NCBI GenBank assembly: GCA_910577095.1
Contig: CAJTLY010000004.1
Location: forward strand, 51,021-115,020
Direction of reading: 5' to 3'
DNA length: 64,000 bases
Source: an uncultured Alphaproteobacteria bacterium
Lineage (GTDB): Bacteria > Pseudomonadota > Alphaproteobacteria > RF32 > CAG-239
Below the pieces are notes generated by a model. That model was not told the DNA's origin. It was given only the letters and a program-made list of their open reading frames with translations, and searched no databases. The translations under genes were made by a program, and so were the position numbers. The stretch's first letter is position 1; every line of letters begins with the position of its first letter. This document shows positions 26,025 to 35,025 of this stretch, one piece after another.

Positions 26025-28328
26025 ATGGTTGCAATTAAATCAATTAAAGAAATTAAAAATTTTGCATCTTTTGAAAATTTCGATGCCTCCATATCTCCAT
26101 ATAAAAATTTTCAAAAGTATAATATATTTTATGGATTAAATGGCAGTGGAAAAACAACTTTATCAAGATTATTATCATTTTTAAATGTAGGGAAAATACC
26201 TGATGATGAAGAAAGCAAAGAACAGTATCAAGATTTTAATCAATTGAAATTTAAAATAGAACTTGATAATGATGATATTGTTACGGTCTTCGATAATAAC
26301 CAACTAATAAATAAAATAAGAGTTTTTAATTCTGATTTTGTTAGTAGAAATGTAAAATTAGAAAAAGCAACAACTAAATCACTAATCTATAATATTAGCG
26401 AAAAATCAGATAAATTAAAAACAAAAAGAAAATATTATGAAAAAAATATATCTTATTGGCATAACAAAGATAACCAGTTAATTATAGATAAAAATATAGA
26501 AGAAAAAGATAAGATTCTTCAAAATAAATACCAAGATTTAGCAAGGGAAATAAAATACCTATTAAATTTATCAAATAGTTTTAACAAAAATTCTGTTAAA
26601 GACTTATTTAATCAACTTACTCAATGCAAAGAATTATCTGATGAAGAATTTCAAAAATTTGTTGCTATTTCTAAACAAGATGAAAAATATCTACTCGATA
26701 TTAATTTTGATAATTTAAGTGTTAATAGTCTGAAAAAAGATGAATTTGATGAATTGAAGAAAATTTTATTAACAAAAAAGACCAGAAATACAGGAGAAAA
26801 AGAAACTGTAATTAATTGGATATCAGATGGGTTGAAAATACATCAAAATGACCACACCAAATGCAAGTTCTGTTCTCAAGAGATACATCACGATTTTTGG
26901 AAAACTAGATTAAGTGAGATAGAACAGATTTTAAAAAAAGATATTGAATTTGAAACATTTGAACAAAATATAAGACAAATTATAAATAGACTAGACAATA
27001 AAATAAGATTTATAGATACATTTGATGTTAATATTACTAGCAATCAATTTTTGATACAATATCAAAAACAAGCTGAGTTGATTCTCTGCAAAATTAAAGA
27101 ATTGAAATCCCAAAGCAGACAATCACTTGAAATTATAAAATCATTATTTGAGAAAAAGTTATTTCAATTAGATGAGGCTATCGTTTTAGAAGATAGTGTT
27201 TTTGATTTGTCATATTTTTCAGAATGTAAAAAATTAAATCTTCTTATTCAGAGTAATAATATAGAATGTAATGAATTGAGTAAAATTAAAGAAGATGCTA
27301 AAAATAAAATTATTTCTTCTATATTATTTCCTCATATGGGAGAAGTGGCTAGAATAAAAAGCTATTTGGCAAAAGCTAATACAACAAAAGTTATGATTGC
27401 AGATAGAATTAGTAATTATCAAATAAAATTAGCTACTATTATAAAAGAATTAAATAATCAAAAAGTTGCTATAAATGAGATTGAAAACATTTGCGAACAA
27501 ATTTTTGGATATAAGAAATTTTCTTTTACTTTTGATGAGAATCTTAAATCGTATAAAATTACTAGAACTGGTAAAACATCTGCAAGAAACATCAGTGAAG
27601 GAGAACAAACAGTAATAGCATTTGCATATTTTATAGCTTGCTTAAAAGAAGGTAATTTTAACAGAGAAGAAGGGATTGTTGTTATAGATGACCCAGTATC
27701 AAGTTTAGACCAACAATATCTTTTTAATATTTACGTGGTGTTAATGAGAGAAGTTTTAAAGGAGAATTTGTGTTCTCAGGCATTTATTCTTACTCATAAT
27801 TTTTATTTTTTTAGAAAAGTACGAAATTGTTTAAAAAATATTTCTAAACTTAAGGATGAAACGAAAAAACAAACTTATGAAAATACATATGTTTCTGTTT
27901 ATTCTATTGAGAAAACGAATGGAAAAAGTGTTATTAAAGATGCATCAAAATATTTATTAAATTATGAAACAGAATATTTACATTTAATAAGAAAATTAAA
28001 TAAAGACCTTGTAGAAGCAGATAATGAATTTTCAGATGTGGGAGTTGGCAATGCTATTAGACAAGTGTTAGAAATATTTTTATCATTTAAATGTCCTGAT
28101 AAAAATAATCTTTTTACTAGATTTCAGAATGTAACTCCCAAACCAGATAAAAAATTTAAATATTTATATGATTTGGTAAATTCAATGAGCCATACAGATG
28201 AAATAGATACAGAAGTTGTAAACGGTGCTTATAAAAGGATTGCAGGAAAAAGTGACATCCAAGAGCTATTTGATTTTATCAAAGAAATTGATGCAGAGCA
28301 TTATGAAAAAATCAAAAAAATTGTTTAG
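26025..28328 (+). CDS. RloC-like ABC/AAA_13 ATPase with coiled-coil CxxC zinc hook; putative anticodon-nuclease-type abortive-infection protein
   Basis: Start chosen at MVAIKSIKEI with a GAGG SD 7 nt upstream. Walker A YGLNGSGKTTLSRL. CxxC HTKCKFCSQE inside a long coiled-coil insertion. Signature/D-loop VVIDDPVSSLDQQYL. About 767 aa. Confidence 0.5.
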   Translation: MVAIKSIKEIKNFASFENFDASISPYKNFQKYNIFYGLNGSGKTTLSRLLSFLNVGKIPDDEESKEQYQDFNQLKFKIELDNDDIVTVFDNNQLINKIRVFNSDFVSRNVKLEKATTKSLIYNISEKSDKLKTKRKYYEKNISYWHNKDNQLIIDKNIEEKDKILQNKYQDLAREIKYLLNLSNSFNKNSVKDLFNQLTQCKELSDEEFQKFVAISKQDEKYLLDINFDNLSVNSLKKDEFDELKKILLTKKTRNTGEKETVINWISDGLKIHQNDHTKCKFCSQEIHHDFWKTRLSEIEQILKKDIEFETFEQNIRQIINRLDNKIRFIDTFDVNITSNQFLIQYQKQAELILCKIKELKSQSRQSLEIIKSLFEKKLFQLDEAIVLEDSVFDLSYFSECKKLNLLIQSNNIECNELSKIKEDAKNKIISSILFPHMGEVARIKSYLAKANTTKVMIADRISNYQIKLATIIKELNNQKVAINEIENICEQIFGYKKFSFTFDENLKSYKITRTGKTSARNISEGEQTVIAFAYFIACLKEGNFNREEGIVVIDDPVSSLDQQYLFNIYVVLMREVLKENLCSQAFILTHNFYFFRKVRNCLKNISKLKDETKKQTYENTYVSVYSIEKTNGKSVIKDASKYLLNYETEYLHLIRKLNKDLVEADNEFSDVGVGNAIRQVLEIFLSFKCPDKNNLFTRFQNVTPKPDKKFKYLYDLVNSMSHTDEIDTEVVNGAYKRIAGKSDIQELFDFIKEIDAEHYEKIKKIV

Positions 28329-28331
28329 GTT

Positions 28332-28988
28332 TTAGTTTTTTACAAAATCTCTCATAGCTTCAATTAATTCATCAAAATTGGTAGAGGGTCTTATTCTCCA
28401 ATCTCCTAATTTGGAATTGTTTGTTCTTAATTTTTTAGCCCTTGAGATAGCTTTATCTTCATTATCATTAACCAGCATTAAATCTATATCAAACCTTTTG
28501 TTGGTTTTTGCATTATATCTAGGAAGATATATTTTTAATTCTTTTTCCAACTCATTTTTGGTGGTTGGTGTTTTATCTGAAAAATGCATCAAAGCCCACA
28601 ATTCAACAGACCTATTAGAACAAATGACTTTAATATTATTGTCTTTTGCTTCCTCAAAAGCCTTGTCAAAATTCTCTTTATCTTTCCCTCCTATGCTTCT
28701 ATCATCTTCATCAAACACAGCATAAAAAGTATCTAAATAATTTTTTGCTGGTTTCTTTGCTTCAATTAAATTTTCAACAATTTTTAAAGGTTCCGATTCA
28801 TATTTTGAAGCCACAATTTCAAATTTAGTCATAGCTTTAATATGATTTACACCATTTTTAGCAGCAAAATTTCTAATCCAATCAGTTAAATATTGTGGTT
28901 CAGTTACATCACCTTCGGTAAAAATAACCATTTTGGAAGCACTTCTTTCTTTTCTATTGTGCCTATTTTTTCTATCTAAACTAACCAT
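28332..28988 (-). CDS. RloB-like/TOPRIM-like protein (AbiLii/AriB-type partner)
   Basis: ...MVIFTEGDVTEPQYL... matches the RloB N-terminal 'vcEGekTEpnYf' motif. A DxD-type acidic motif AVFDEDD is present. Immediately downstream of the ATPase gene with a 4-nt gap. Confidence 0.65.
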   Translation of the reverse strand: MVSLDRKNRHNRKERSASKMVIFTEGDVTEPQYLTDWIRNFAAKNGVNHIKAMTKFEIVASKYESEPLKIVENLIEAKKPAKNYLDTFYAVFDEDDRSIGGKDKENFDKAFEEAKDNNIKVICSNRSVELWALMHFSDKTPTTKNELEKELKIYLPRYNAKTNKRFDIDLMLVNDNEDKAISRAKKLRTNNSKLGDWRIRPSTNFDELIEAMRDFVKN

Positions 28989-28991
28989 TAG

Positions 28992-30272
28992 CTATTCCTT
29001 TGCTTCCAAAATATTAGCTAATTCATTAATATCTCCCAAATATGGAATTGCTCCGAATCTGCCCTCTAAATAGCCTTTTTCATAATTAAAGCCTTCTCTG
29101 ATAGCCTTAAATTCAGTTAAAGGATAAACCTCAGAACATCCTTCTTCATTCTTTTCAACAAACCAAATTTCATCTCTCTTGAGAATATTTGATTTAAGGA
29201 TGGAAGTATTATGAGTGGTAAAAATAAGCTGTGCCCCACCAATATTAATATTGGGGTTATTAAACATCTCAACAATTTTAGCCAGCATCATCGGATGTAA
29301 CTTTTCTTCAAGCTCATCAATAATATAAATTCCACCACCAACTAAAATTGGAACAAACATAACCAAGTATTTTGCAAACTGCCCAGTCCCCCAGCTTTCT
29401 GAAGAAATAGGTAATTCATACTTTTTATTGTTTACCCCAATATGTTCAAAGTTAATTTTATAATGTTTTCCGGTTGGAGAGGTAGTAAAAGGTAGTGCAG
29501 ATGAATCTTTTTCTTCTTCAACTTTAATATCTGTAATTCCCAAATCTGCATATTTAATTAACTCAACAACTTTCTTATGCAAGGATTTGTCCTGATAAAT
29601 CTTTTCTGCCAAGCTATCCATATTAAACATTGTTTCTAAGATATTTATAAAAGTAACCTTACAAATATCTTTTAAGGCCTCAAAAATATTATGAATATAA
29701 GAAATTCCTCTTGTATCCAAAATATCAAGAACAAGCAAATCCTGTCTTTTGCCTAAAGAATCTTCTATATATTTAATATCAAATTTTGATATAATTTCTT
29801 TGTATGGTTTGTAAATATTGCTTTCAACTCTATCATAAATGACTTTTTTATTTTTATTCTGATATTCTGTTAAGTTTTCTGTCAGTATTCCTGTTTTATC
29901 AAAGCTAAATGATAAAATATATCTAATATCATCAAGACAGAAGTCTATTTCTATAGATGATGGTCTTGATGCAGATTCGTCATCTAATAAAAATGGCTTA
30001 TAAAATTCAAATGATGGTTTACTATCTGTTTTTCCTAACAAAGGCAAGACAATATCATTAAACACTTTAACAATATTGCTCTTTCCGGAAGCATTGGCTC
30101 CATAAAATGCAGTAACAGGAGTAATCAAATCATCTCCAATAGCATTAACTCTTCTAATATAAGATGTCGGGGTATTGCTATATTTAGATTCCGCTGTAAA
30201 AAATATTTCCTGTTCATCTTTAAACGACAAGATATTTGCAAATTTAACTCTTAATAAATTTACTTTAGCCAT
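28992..30272 (-). CDS. AAA_21/ABC-type ATPase (AbiLi/AriA-type)
   Basis: Start chosen at MAKVNLLRVKF with a GGAG SD. Walker A GANASGKSN. Walker B/D-loop IYIIDELEEKLHP. ...LIFTTHN... (H-loop). Confidence 0.65.
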   Translation of the reverse strand: MAKVNLLRVKFANILSFKDEQEIFFTAESKYSNTPTSYIRRVNAIGDDLITPVTAFYGANASGKSNIVKVFNDIVLPLLGKTDSKPSFEFYKPFLLDDESASRPSSIEIDFCLDDIRYILSFSFDKTGILTENLTEYQNKNKKVIYDRVESNIYKPYKEIISKFDIKYIEDSLGKRQDLLVLDILDTRGISYIHNIFEALKDICKVTFINILETMFNMDSLAEKIYQDKSLHKKVVELIKYADLGITDIKVEEEKDSSALPFTTSPTGKHYKINFEHIGVNNKKYELPISSESWGTGQFAKYLVMFVPILVGGGIYIIDELEEKLHPMMLAKIVEMFNNPNINIGGAQLIFTTHNTSILKSNILKRDEIWFVEKNEEGCSEVYPLTEFKAIREGFNYEKGYLEGRFGAIPYLGDINELANILEAKE

Positions 30273-30472
30273 TTTTTTGCTCCGGCAGTTGTTGTTTGTA
30301 ATCAAAATATAGAAATAAAAAGCAAAAAAATCAACACTTTTATTTAAAATTCGTAAAAAAATTACAAATTTTTATAAAAAACATCATTTTTTTTGATTTT
30401 ATTTTTGCAAATACTCTTAAAATAATGTAATATACCAAACATAAAATAACACTATTTATTAGGAGAAAAAAT

Positions 30473-30856
30473 ATGTCTGAAATTAAAACTCAAGAAGAAT
30501 TTGAAGCAAAAATAAATGATTTGGTTGATAAAATTAATAATGCTCCAACCAATTTAATAAGAGGTGACTTATTGGAGTTATGGGATGATTGCAGAGAAGC
30601 AGTATACTTTTGTCCTGAAAATGGCTATGGTCCTATCTATACAGAGCTCAGAGCTATTCCAGAAAATAATAAATTTTCTGAAATATTAGTATATATAAAA
30701 TCAGAATATTATCTGTTTTTGGAATTGAGAGACAATCTTGTCTATAAACCGATGTCATTTCTTGAAACACTAAGCTATGTTTGTGATGAGTATATATATC
30801 ATTTAAGGAATTCCTTTGAAGCAGCAGAAAGAGAACGAGAAAGAGAAAAAGCTTAG
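30473..30856 (+). CDS. hypothetical protein (island cargo)
   Basis: 127-aa ORF with AGGAG SD upstream. No motifs recognised. Confidence 0.3.
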   Translation: MSEIKTQEEFEAKINDLVDKINNAPTNLIRGDLLELWDDCREAVYFCPENGYGPIYTELRAIPENNKFSEILVYIKSEYYLFLELRDNLVYKPMSFLETLSYVCDEYIYHLRNSFEAAEREREREKA

Positions 30857-31115
30857 TTATGTATTCTGTTTTTTTGATATAATTATAAGCGATAATCGAC
30901 GCAAAATTTGCGGAGAATATGATGATTATTATCCGCAAGTCACTATATTTTAATTATTGCCACTCATTTATTACATTGGTCTCATCAACTATAGAGTTCA
31001 ACAATTCGTCAACTTTGGTGCACCATAACTCAAAACCCTCCCTTGCGGAGGGTTTTGAGTTATAATAAACCTCACTATTCCCTCTTCGTTCAATATAAGA
31101 TACTTTTTTCACAGC

Positions 31116-31148
31116 AAAAAGCCTCCCTTGGTCGGGGAGGCTTTTTTT
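31116..31148. terminator. bidirectional rho-independent terminator (A5-gcctccc-ttggtcg-gggaggc-T7)
   Basis: Serves the minus-strand gene 31180..31410 and plus-strand island genes. Confidence 0.55.
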
Positions 31149-31179
31149 AAAGAAGACATTGACTGTCTTATGATCATGT

Positions 31180-31410
31180 TCACGAAGCGGCGGAAGCAGT
31201 TTTCCGGTACAGGCATTTTCCGTTAAGATCCATACCGATCACTTTGGTTCCGATCCCGCGCAGGAAGTGGAGGGTAATCTCGTCTCCGGCTTCGGGTTTT
31301 CCATACTTCTTCTCCAGTCCGAAATGCATGATTCCGCCGGTAGGGTCTTCAGCGGTGATGCTCCACTTGTTTTCGGACATACTCTTCACTTTTTGAACAG
31401 TTATTTCCAT
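31180..31410 (-). CDS. hypothetical small protein
   Basis: 76-aa ORF in host-GC DNA, with a terminator downstream. Confidence 0.35.
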   Translation of the reverse strand: MEITVQKVKSMSENKWSITAEDPTGGIMHFGLEKKYGKPEAGDEITLHFLRGIGTKVIGMDLNGKCLYRKTASAAS

Positions 31411-31596
31411 ATTGTTGGTAATTAAAATAATAAAACTCTGCCTAAAATGTACAAAAAAAGTTTTTTTATGTCAAGCAATTATCTTCGTCGATTGACATTT
31501 TTCAGCCTGCCGCCGCCTCTCAATGCCAAACGTGCTTCTGGATCGGCGAACGGTATTTATATGGACATCGGCAATTTTTTTGCTTATATTATAATT

Positions 31597-32637
31597 ATGA
31601 CAGAATATCGTTTAGCCGCATCACTCCTCAATTGGTACCGACATCACGGACGCAGCCTGCCCTGGCGTGTCAAAGGCGGCGCTCATCCCGATCCTTACGT
31701 TGTTTTGGTTTCCGAATTTATGCTGCAGCAAACCACGGTCAAAACCGTACTCGATTATTTTGCCCCCTTTATGCGGCGTTTTCCAACCGTCGAAAGCTTG
31801 GCCGCGGCCGATTTGGAAGAAGTTTACCGCTATTGGCAAGGGCTGGGTTACTATACGCGGGCGCGCTCTTTACATATCACGGCGCAGACGATTGTCAAAG
31901 ATTTCGGCGGTCGCTTTCCGCAAACCCGCGAAAATGTGCTCAAGCTCAAAGGGATCGGCGCCTATACCGCATCCAGCTTTCTTGCCCTCGCCTTCAACCT
32001 GCCCGAGACCGTTATTGACGGCAACGTTATCCGCATTATCTGCCGTCTGTACCATTTGACAGCTCCGGTTGCAGAAATCGAAAACCTCATTCGTGAAAAA
32101 GCACAAACTCTCACCGATGCGCAACATCCGGCCGACTATGCTTCGGCAATTATGGATCTGGGTGCCGTTATCTGTACCCCCAAAAAACCGCAATGTCTGC
32201 TTTGTCCCTGGCAAAACGCCTGTTTATCCCGCGGCCTGCCGGAACTGGAACGAATTCCCGACCGTGCCAAACCGGCTAAAAAAGAAAAAAACGGCAGCGT
32301 TTACCTGATTTTTAACACCGCGGGCCAAATCCTGATTCGGAAACGTTCGGAAAAAGGGCTTCTTTCCGGTCTCTACGAGTTCCCCTGGACCGACGAAGGC
32401 ATGCTTGAGTTTAACGGGGCCGCAGACAGCGGAGAAACGGTTTCCCATATTTTTACCCATATACGCCTCAACCTCAAAATATATATCGTCCATACGGACG
32501 CTTCGCCCGTTGCTGACGGACAGTTCGTAAATATCGGAGAACTGTCCGGCTACCCATTCTCAACCTTAATGAAAAAAGTTTACGCCAAATCGTTACCGGC
32601 GGGGTCCGCAGCTTCCGACGTTTCCCCATCATCTTAA
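31597..32637 (+). CDS. mutY: A/G-specific adenine DNA glycosylase
   Basis: Start at MTEYRLAASLLNWYRHHGRSLPWR. HhH-GPD region. Fe-S cluster Cys motif CTPKKPQCLLCPWQNAC. C-terminal NUDIX-like domain. Confidence 0.8.
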   Translation: MTEYRLAASLLNWYRHHGRSLPWRVKGGAHPDPYVVLVSEFMLQQTTVKTVLDYFAPFMRRFPTVESLAAADLEEVYRYWQGLGYYTRARSLHITAQTIVKDFGGRFPQTRENVLKLKGIGAYTASSFLALAFNLPETVIDGNVIRIICRLYHLTAPVAEIENLIREKAQTLTDAQHPADYASAIMDLGAVICTPKKPQCLLCPWQNACLSRGLPELERIPDRAKPAKKEKNGSVYLIFNTAGQILIRKRSEKGLLSGLYEFPWTDEGMLEFNGAADSGETVSHIFTHIRLNLKIYIVHTDASPVADGQFVNIGELSGYPFSTLMKKVYAKSLPAGSAASDVSPSS

Positions 32638-32646
32638 AACAGTGCC

Positions 32647-32692
32647 CAAAAAAAGCGTCTTTCTCCGTCACCGGAGAAAGACGCTTTTTTTA
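32647..32692. terminator. bidirectional rho-independent terminator (A7-agcgtctttctccg-tcac-cggagaaagacgct-T7)
   Basis: 14-bp perfect stem between the convergent mutY and 32704..33801 genes. Confidence 0.6.
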
Positions 32693-32703
32693 CTTTGAGA
32701 ATG

Positions 32704-33801
32704 TTACTTCGCTGCCAAAGCCCAGCTTAACAGCTGCGGATTGGCCGCAATCAGAGCTTGTGCCTCATCGTTCAGAGCTTCTTTCGGCTCATACTTGAAG
32801 ATGCGCGAACACATTCCGTGATCGGCTTTGCTCAGGAAATACACGATCACTTCGGCGGAGAGATGACAGCCGCCATTATGATGATATGCATCATATTGCC
32901 AGACGTTCATCATCTTCTGCGCTTCCGGATACAGCACATTTCCTTTGACGAGATAGCATCTCCATTCTTCACCGCCGTCATTTTTAGCCGCCGTATTTCT
33001 GACCATCTGACGCTGCGAAAACTTTGACAGGGCTTCTTGCATCAAACCGGCCATATTCCGGCGGAATGTCTTCTCACACTCGTTTTCTTCGCATGAGTAG
33101 ACTTCGTTTTTCATCGCAAATACCTTAGCGATCAGACGAGTTGACAGGCCGTGACGCTCAACGCAATCCAGAAACAGGTCTCCCAGTCGGTAACGGAGCA
33201 AAATCTCCATCATTTCTTCCGAAGGAGTATATTTGTTGCAATACACCTCCAGAACATCGGTCAGCGAATGGCTTGCCAGAAACTCAAACTGTTTTCCGTC
33301 AAGTTTTACACCTGCAACCACCATCAAGATGCGAACAGCGTGGCCGTGAGCCTTCTCATGGTCACTGTTCCACAAAAGCTGTTTGGCATCGAAGCTCATG
33401 GCTTTGATCGCCTCAATCTGCTCTTCTTTACCGCTGACGGTAAAAAAATATTTCACCTGCTGTTTGGCAGAATAATTACTTATTCCGCGTACAGCCATGA
33501 AATGTTTTTTCCAATACATCGGCAGAACAGCCACAAACGGCGCGTAAAGATACTGCATAAGGTCCATATACACCGGGAGATCCCAGTCATACAGACTTTC
33601 TGCAGCCTTGCGCGGTGCCAGCAGGCTGTACGGGACGAAGAAGAGCGGGTTGAAGAAGATGAAGGTTATTACCGCCAAGGCAATAATGATCACGATCCCC
33701 TTTCCGGTTTCTTCCAGTACGCGACCGGCCCACTTAAGCACGTTCCATGCTTTGTTTGCTACTTTGTTTACACTCTCTTTTTTGTCGTTTGAAGTTGCCA
33801 T
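32704..33801 (-). CDS. hypothetical membrane-anchored protein
   Basis: ORF track gives 32704..33993. An internal Met (MATSNDKK...) is favoured because the 5' extension is AT-rich. One TM segment IVIIIALAVITFIFF. Confidence 0.4.
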   Translation of the reverse strand: MATSNDKKESVNKVANKAWNVLKWAGRVLEETGKGIVIIIALAVITFIFFNPLFFVPYSLLAPRKAAESLYDWDLPVYMDLMQYLYAPFVAVLPMYWKKHFMAVRGISNYSAKQQVKYFFTVSGKEEQIEAIKAMSFDAKQLLWNSDHEKAHGHAVRILMVVAGVKLDGKQFEFLASHSLTDVLEVYCNKYTPSEEMMEILLRYRLGDLFLDCVERHGLSTRLIAKVFAMKNEVYSCEENECEKTFRRNMAGLMQEALSKFSQRQMVRNTAAKNDGGEEWRCYLVKGNVLYPEAQKMMNVWQYDAYHHNGGCHLSAEVIVYFLSKADHGMCSRIFKYEPKEALNDEAQALIAANPQLLSWALAAK

Positions 33802-34107
33802 AAGATATAAATTTAATGGCGCCCAAGTCTCCGATTGGGTTAAAATTATTAAGCTGTCCGAGAGACAACGGCCAAAACCGTCCGTACAACTGCCTATCTT
33901 CAAAGTTACTTCAAATTCGGCCATAATTTCATCAATCGTCCGTTTGAGCAAAACCCAAAAACAACAATTAAAAATCAACCTAATAATGAACATACTCTTA
34001 AATAAACAGGTTTATGGTATCACTTTACGAAATTTTTGTCAAATATATAAATCTAAGAAAAACGCCTGTCGGTTTGCCCTGACAGGCGTCTTAAAAATTC
34101 GAGCGCT

Positions 34108-35025
34108 TTAATCCAACCCGACTAAACGACGCGCATAATCGGCGGCACAAAAGCGATCCAGGTCCTCAATTCCCTCGCCGACCCCGATATAATAAATCGG
34201 CGTCGGATTTTCGCCGGCAATTGCAGCCACCATTCCGCCGCGCGCGGTGCCGTCCAGCTTGGTCACAACCAACCCCGACACCGGAACACATTGTTTAAAC
34301 ACTTCCACCTGCGACAAAGCATTTTGTCCGGTCGTCGCATCGACGGTCAGCAAAGTTTGATGCGGTGCATCGGGAATAACCTTTTGCATCACTTTGACCA
34401 CCTTTTTCAATTCGTCCATCAGCCCGTTTTTATTCTGCAGCCGACCGGCGGTATCAATAAACACCACGTCGTCACCGACTTTCAACGCTTCTCTCAAACC
34501 GTCAAAACACAACCCGGCACTGTCGCAACCGTCCGCTCCGGCAAAAACGCGCACGCCGGAACGTTCGCCCCATACCCGAAGCTGCTCAACCGCAGCCGCC
34601 CGAAACGTATCACCGGCAATCAGCGACACTTTTAACCCTTCTGCCTTAAATTTGGTTGCCAGCTTGCCGATGGTGGTCGTTTTTCCGGCACCGTTAACAC
34701 CAACCATTAAAATCACAAACGGCTTTTTGCGGCGGTCAAGTTCCAACTTTTGTTCGCACGGTTGCAAGATTTTCTGTATTTCGGCTGCAAGGTTTTCTCG
34801 GATTTCCTGATCGGAAATTTCCTTATCCTGACGGATTTTAGCGAAACCTTTGACCACTTCCGCAGCCGTTTTTACACCCATGTCGGCAGTGATCAACAGT
34901 TCTTCCAACTCATCCAGCGTTTCCGCGTCCAAATGTTTTTTGGTAAAGATTCCGCTAATGCCGCCGCTGATTTTCTGTGACGACTTTTTCAGCCCCAATC
35001 CCAGCTTTTCCAACCATTTAACCAT
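34108..35025 (-). CDS. ftsY: signal recognition particle receptor
   Basis: GTPase motifs GVNGAGKTTTIGKLA, ...DTAGR..., ...TKLDG... Confidence 0.85.
   Translation of the reverse strand: MVKWLEKLGLGLKKSSQKISGGISGIFTKKHLDAETLDELEELLITADMGVKTAAEVVKGFAKIRQDKEISDQEIRENLAAEIQKILQPCEQKLELDRRKKPFVILMVGVNGAGKTTTIGKLATKFKAEGLKVSLIAGDTFRAAAVEQLRVWGERSGVRVFAGADGCDSAGLCFDGLREALKVGDDVVFIDTAGRLQNKNGLMDELKKVVKVMQKVIPDAPHQTLLTVDATTGQNALSQVEVFKQCVPVSGLVVTKLDGTARGGMVAAIAGENPTPIYYIGVGEGIEDLDRFCAADYARRLVGLD

Larger units (their letters stand above)
15318..31050. mobile_element. AT-rich genomic island adjacent to tRNA-Leu carrying serine recombinases and an anti-phage defence cargo (RM-like module, RloC-like, AbiL/PARIS-like)
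   Basis: Composition drops abruptly from about 50-55% GC to about 30% GC between the tRNA 3' end and about 31050. A recombinase gene abuts the tRNA. Cargo genes are listed separately. Weakly similar border sequences lie at 15309-15332 and 31017-31040. Confidence 0.55.
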
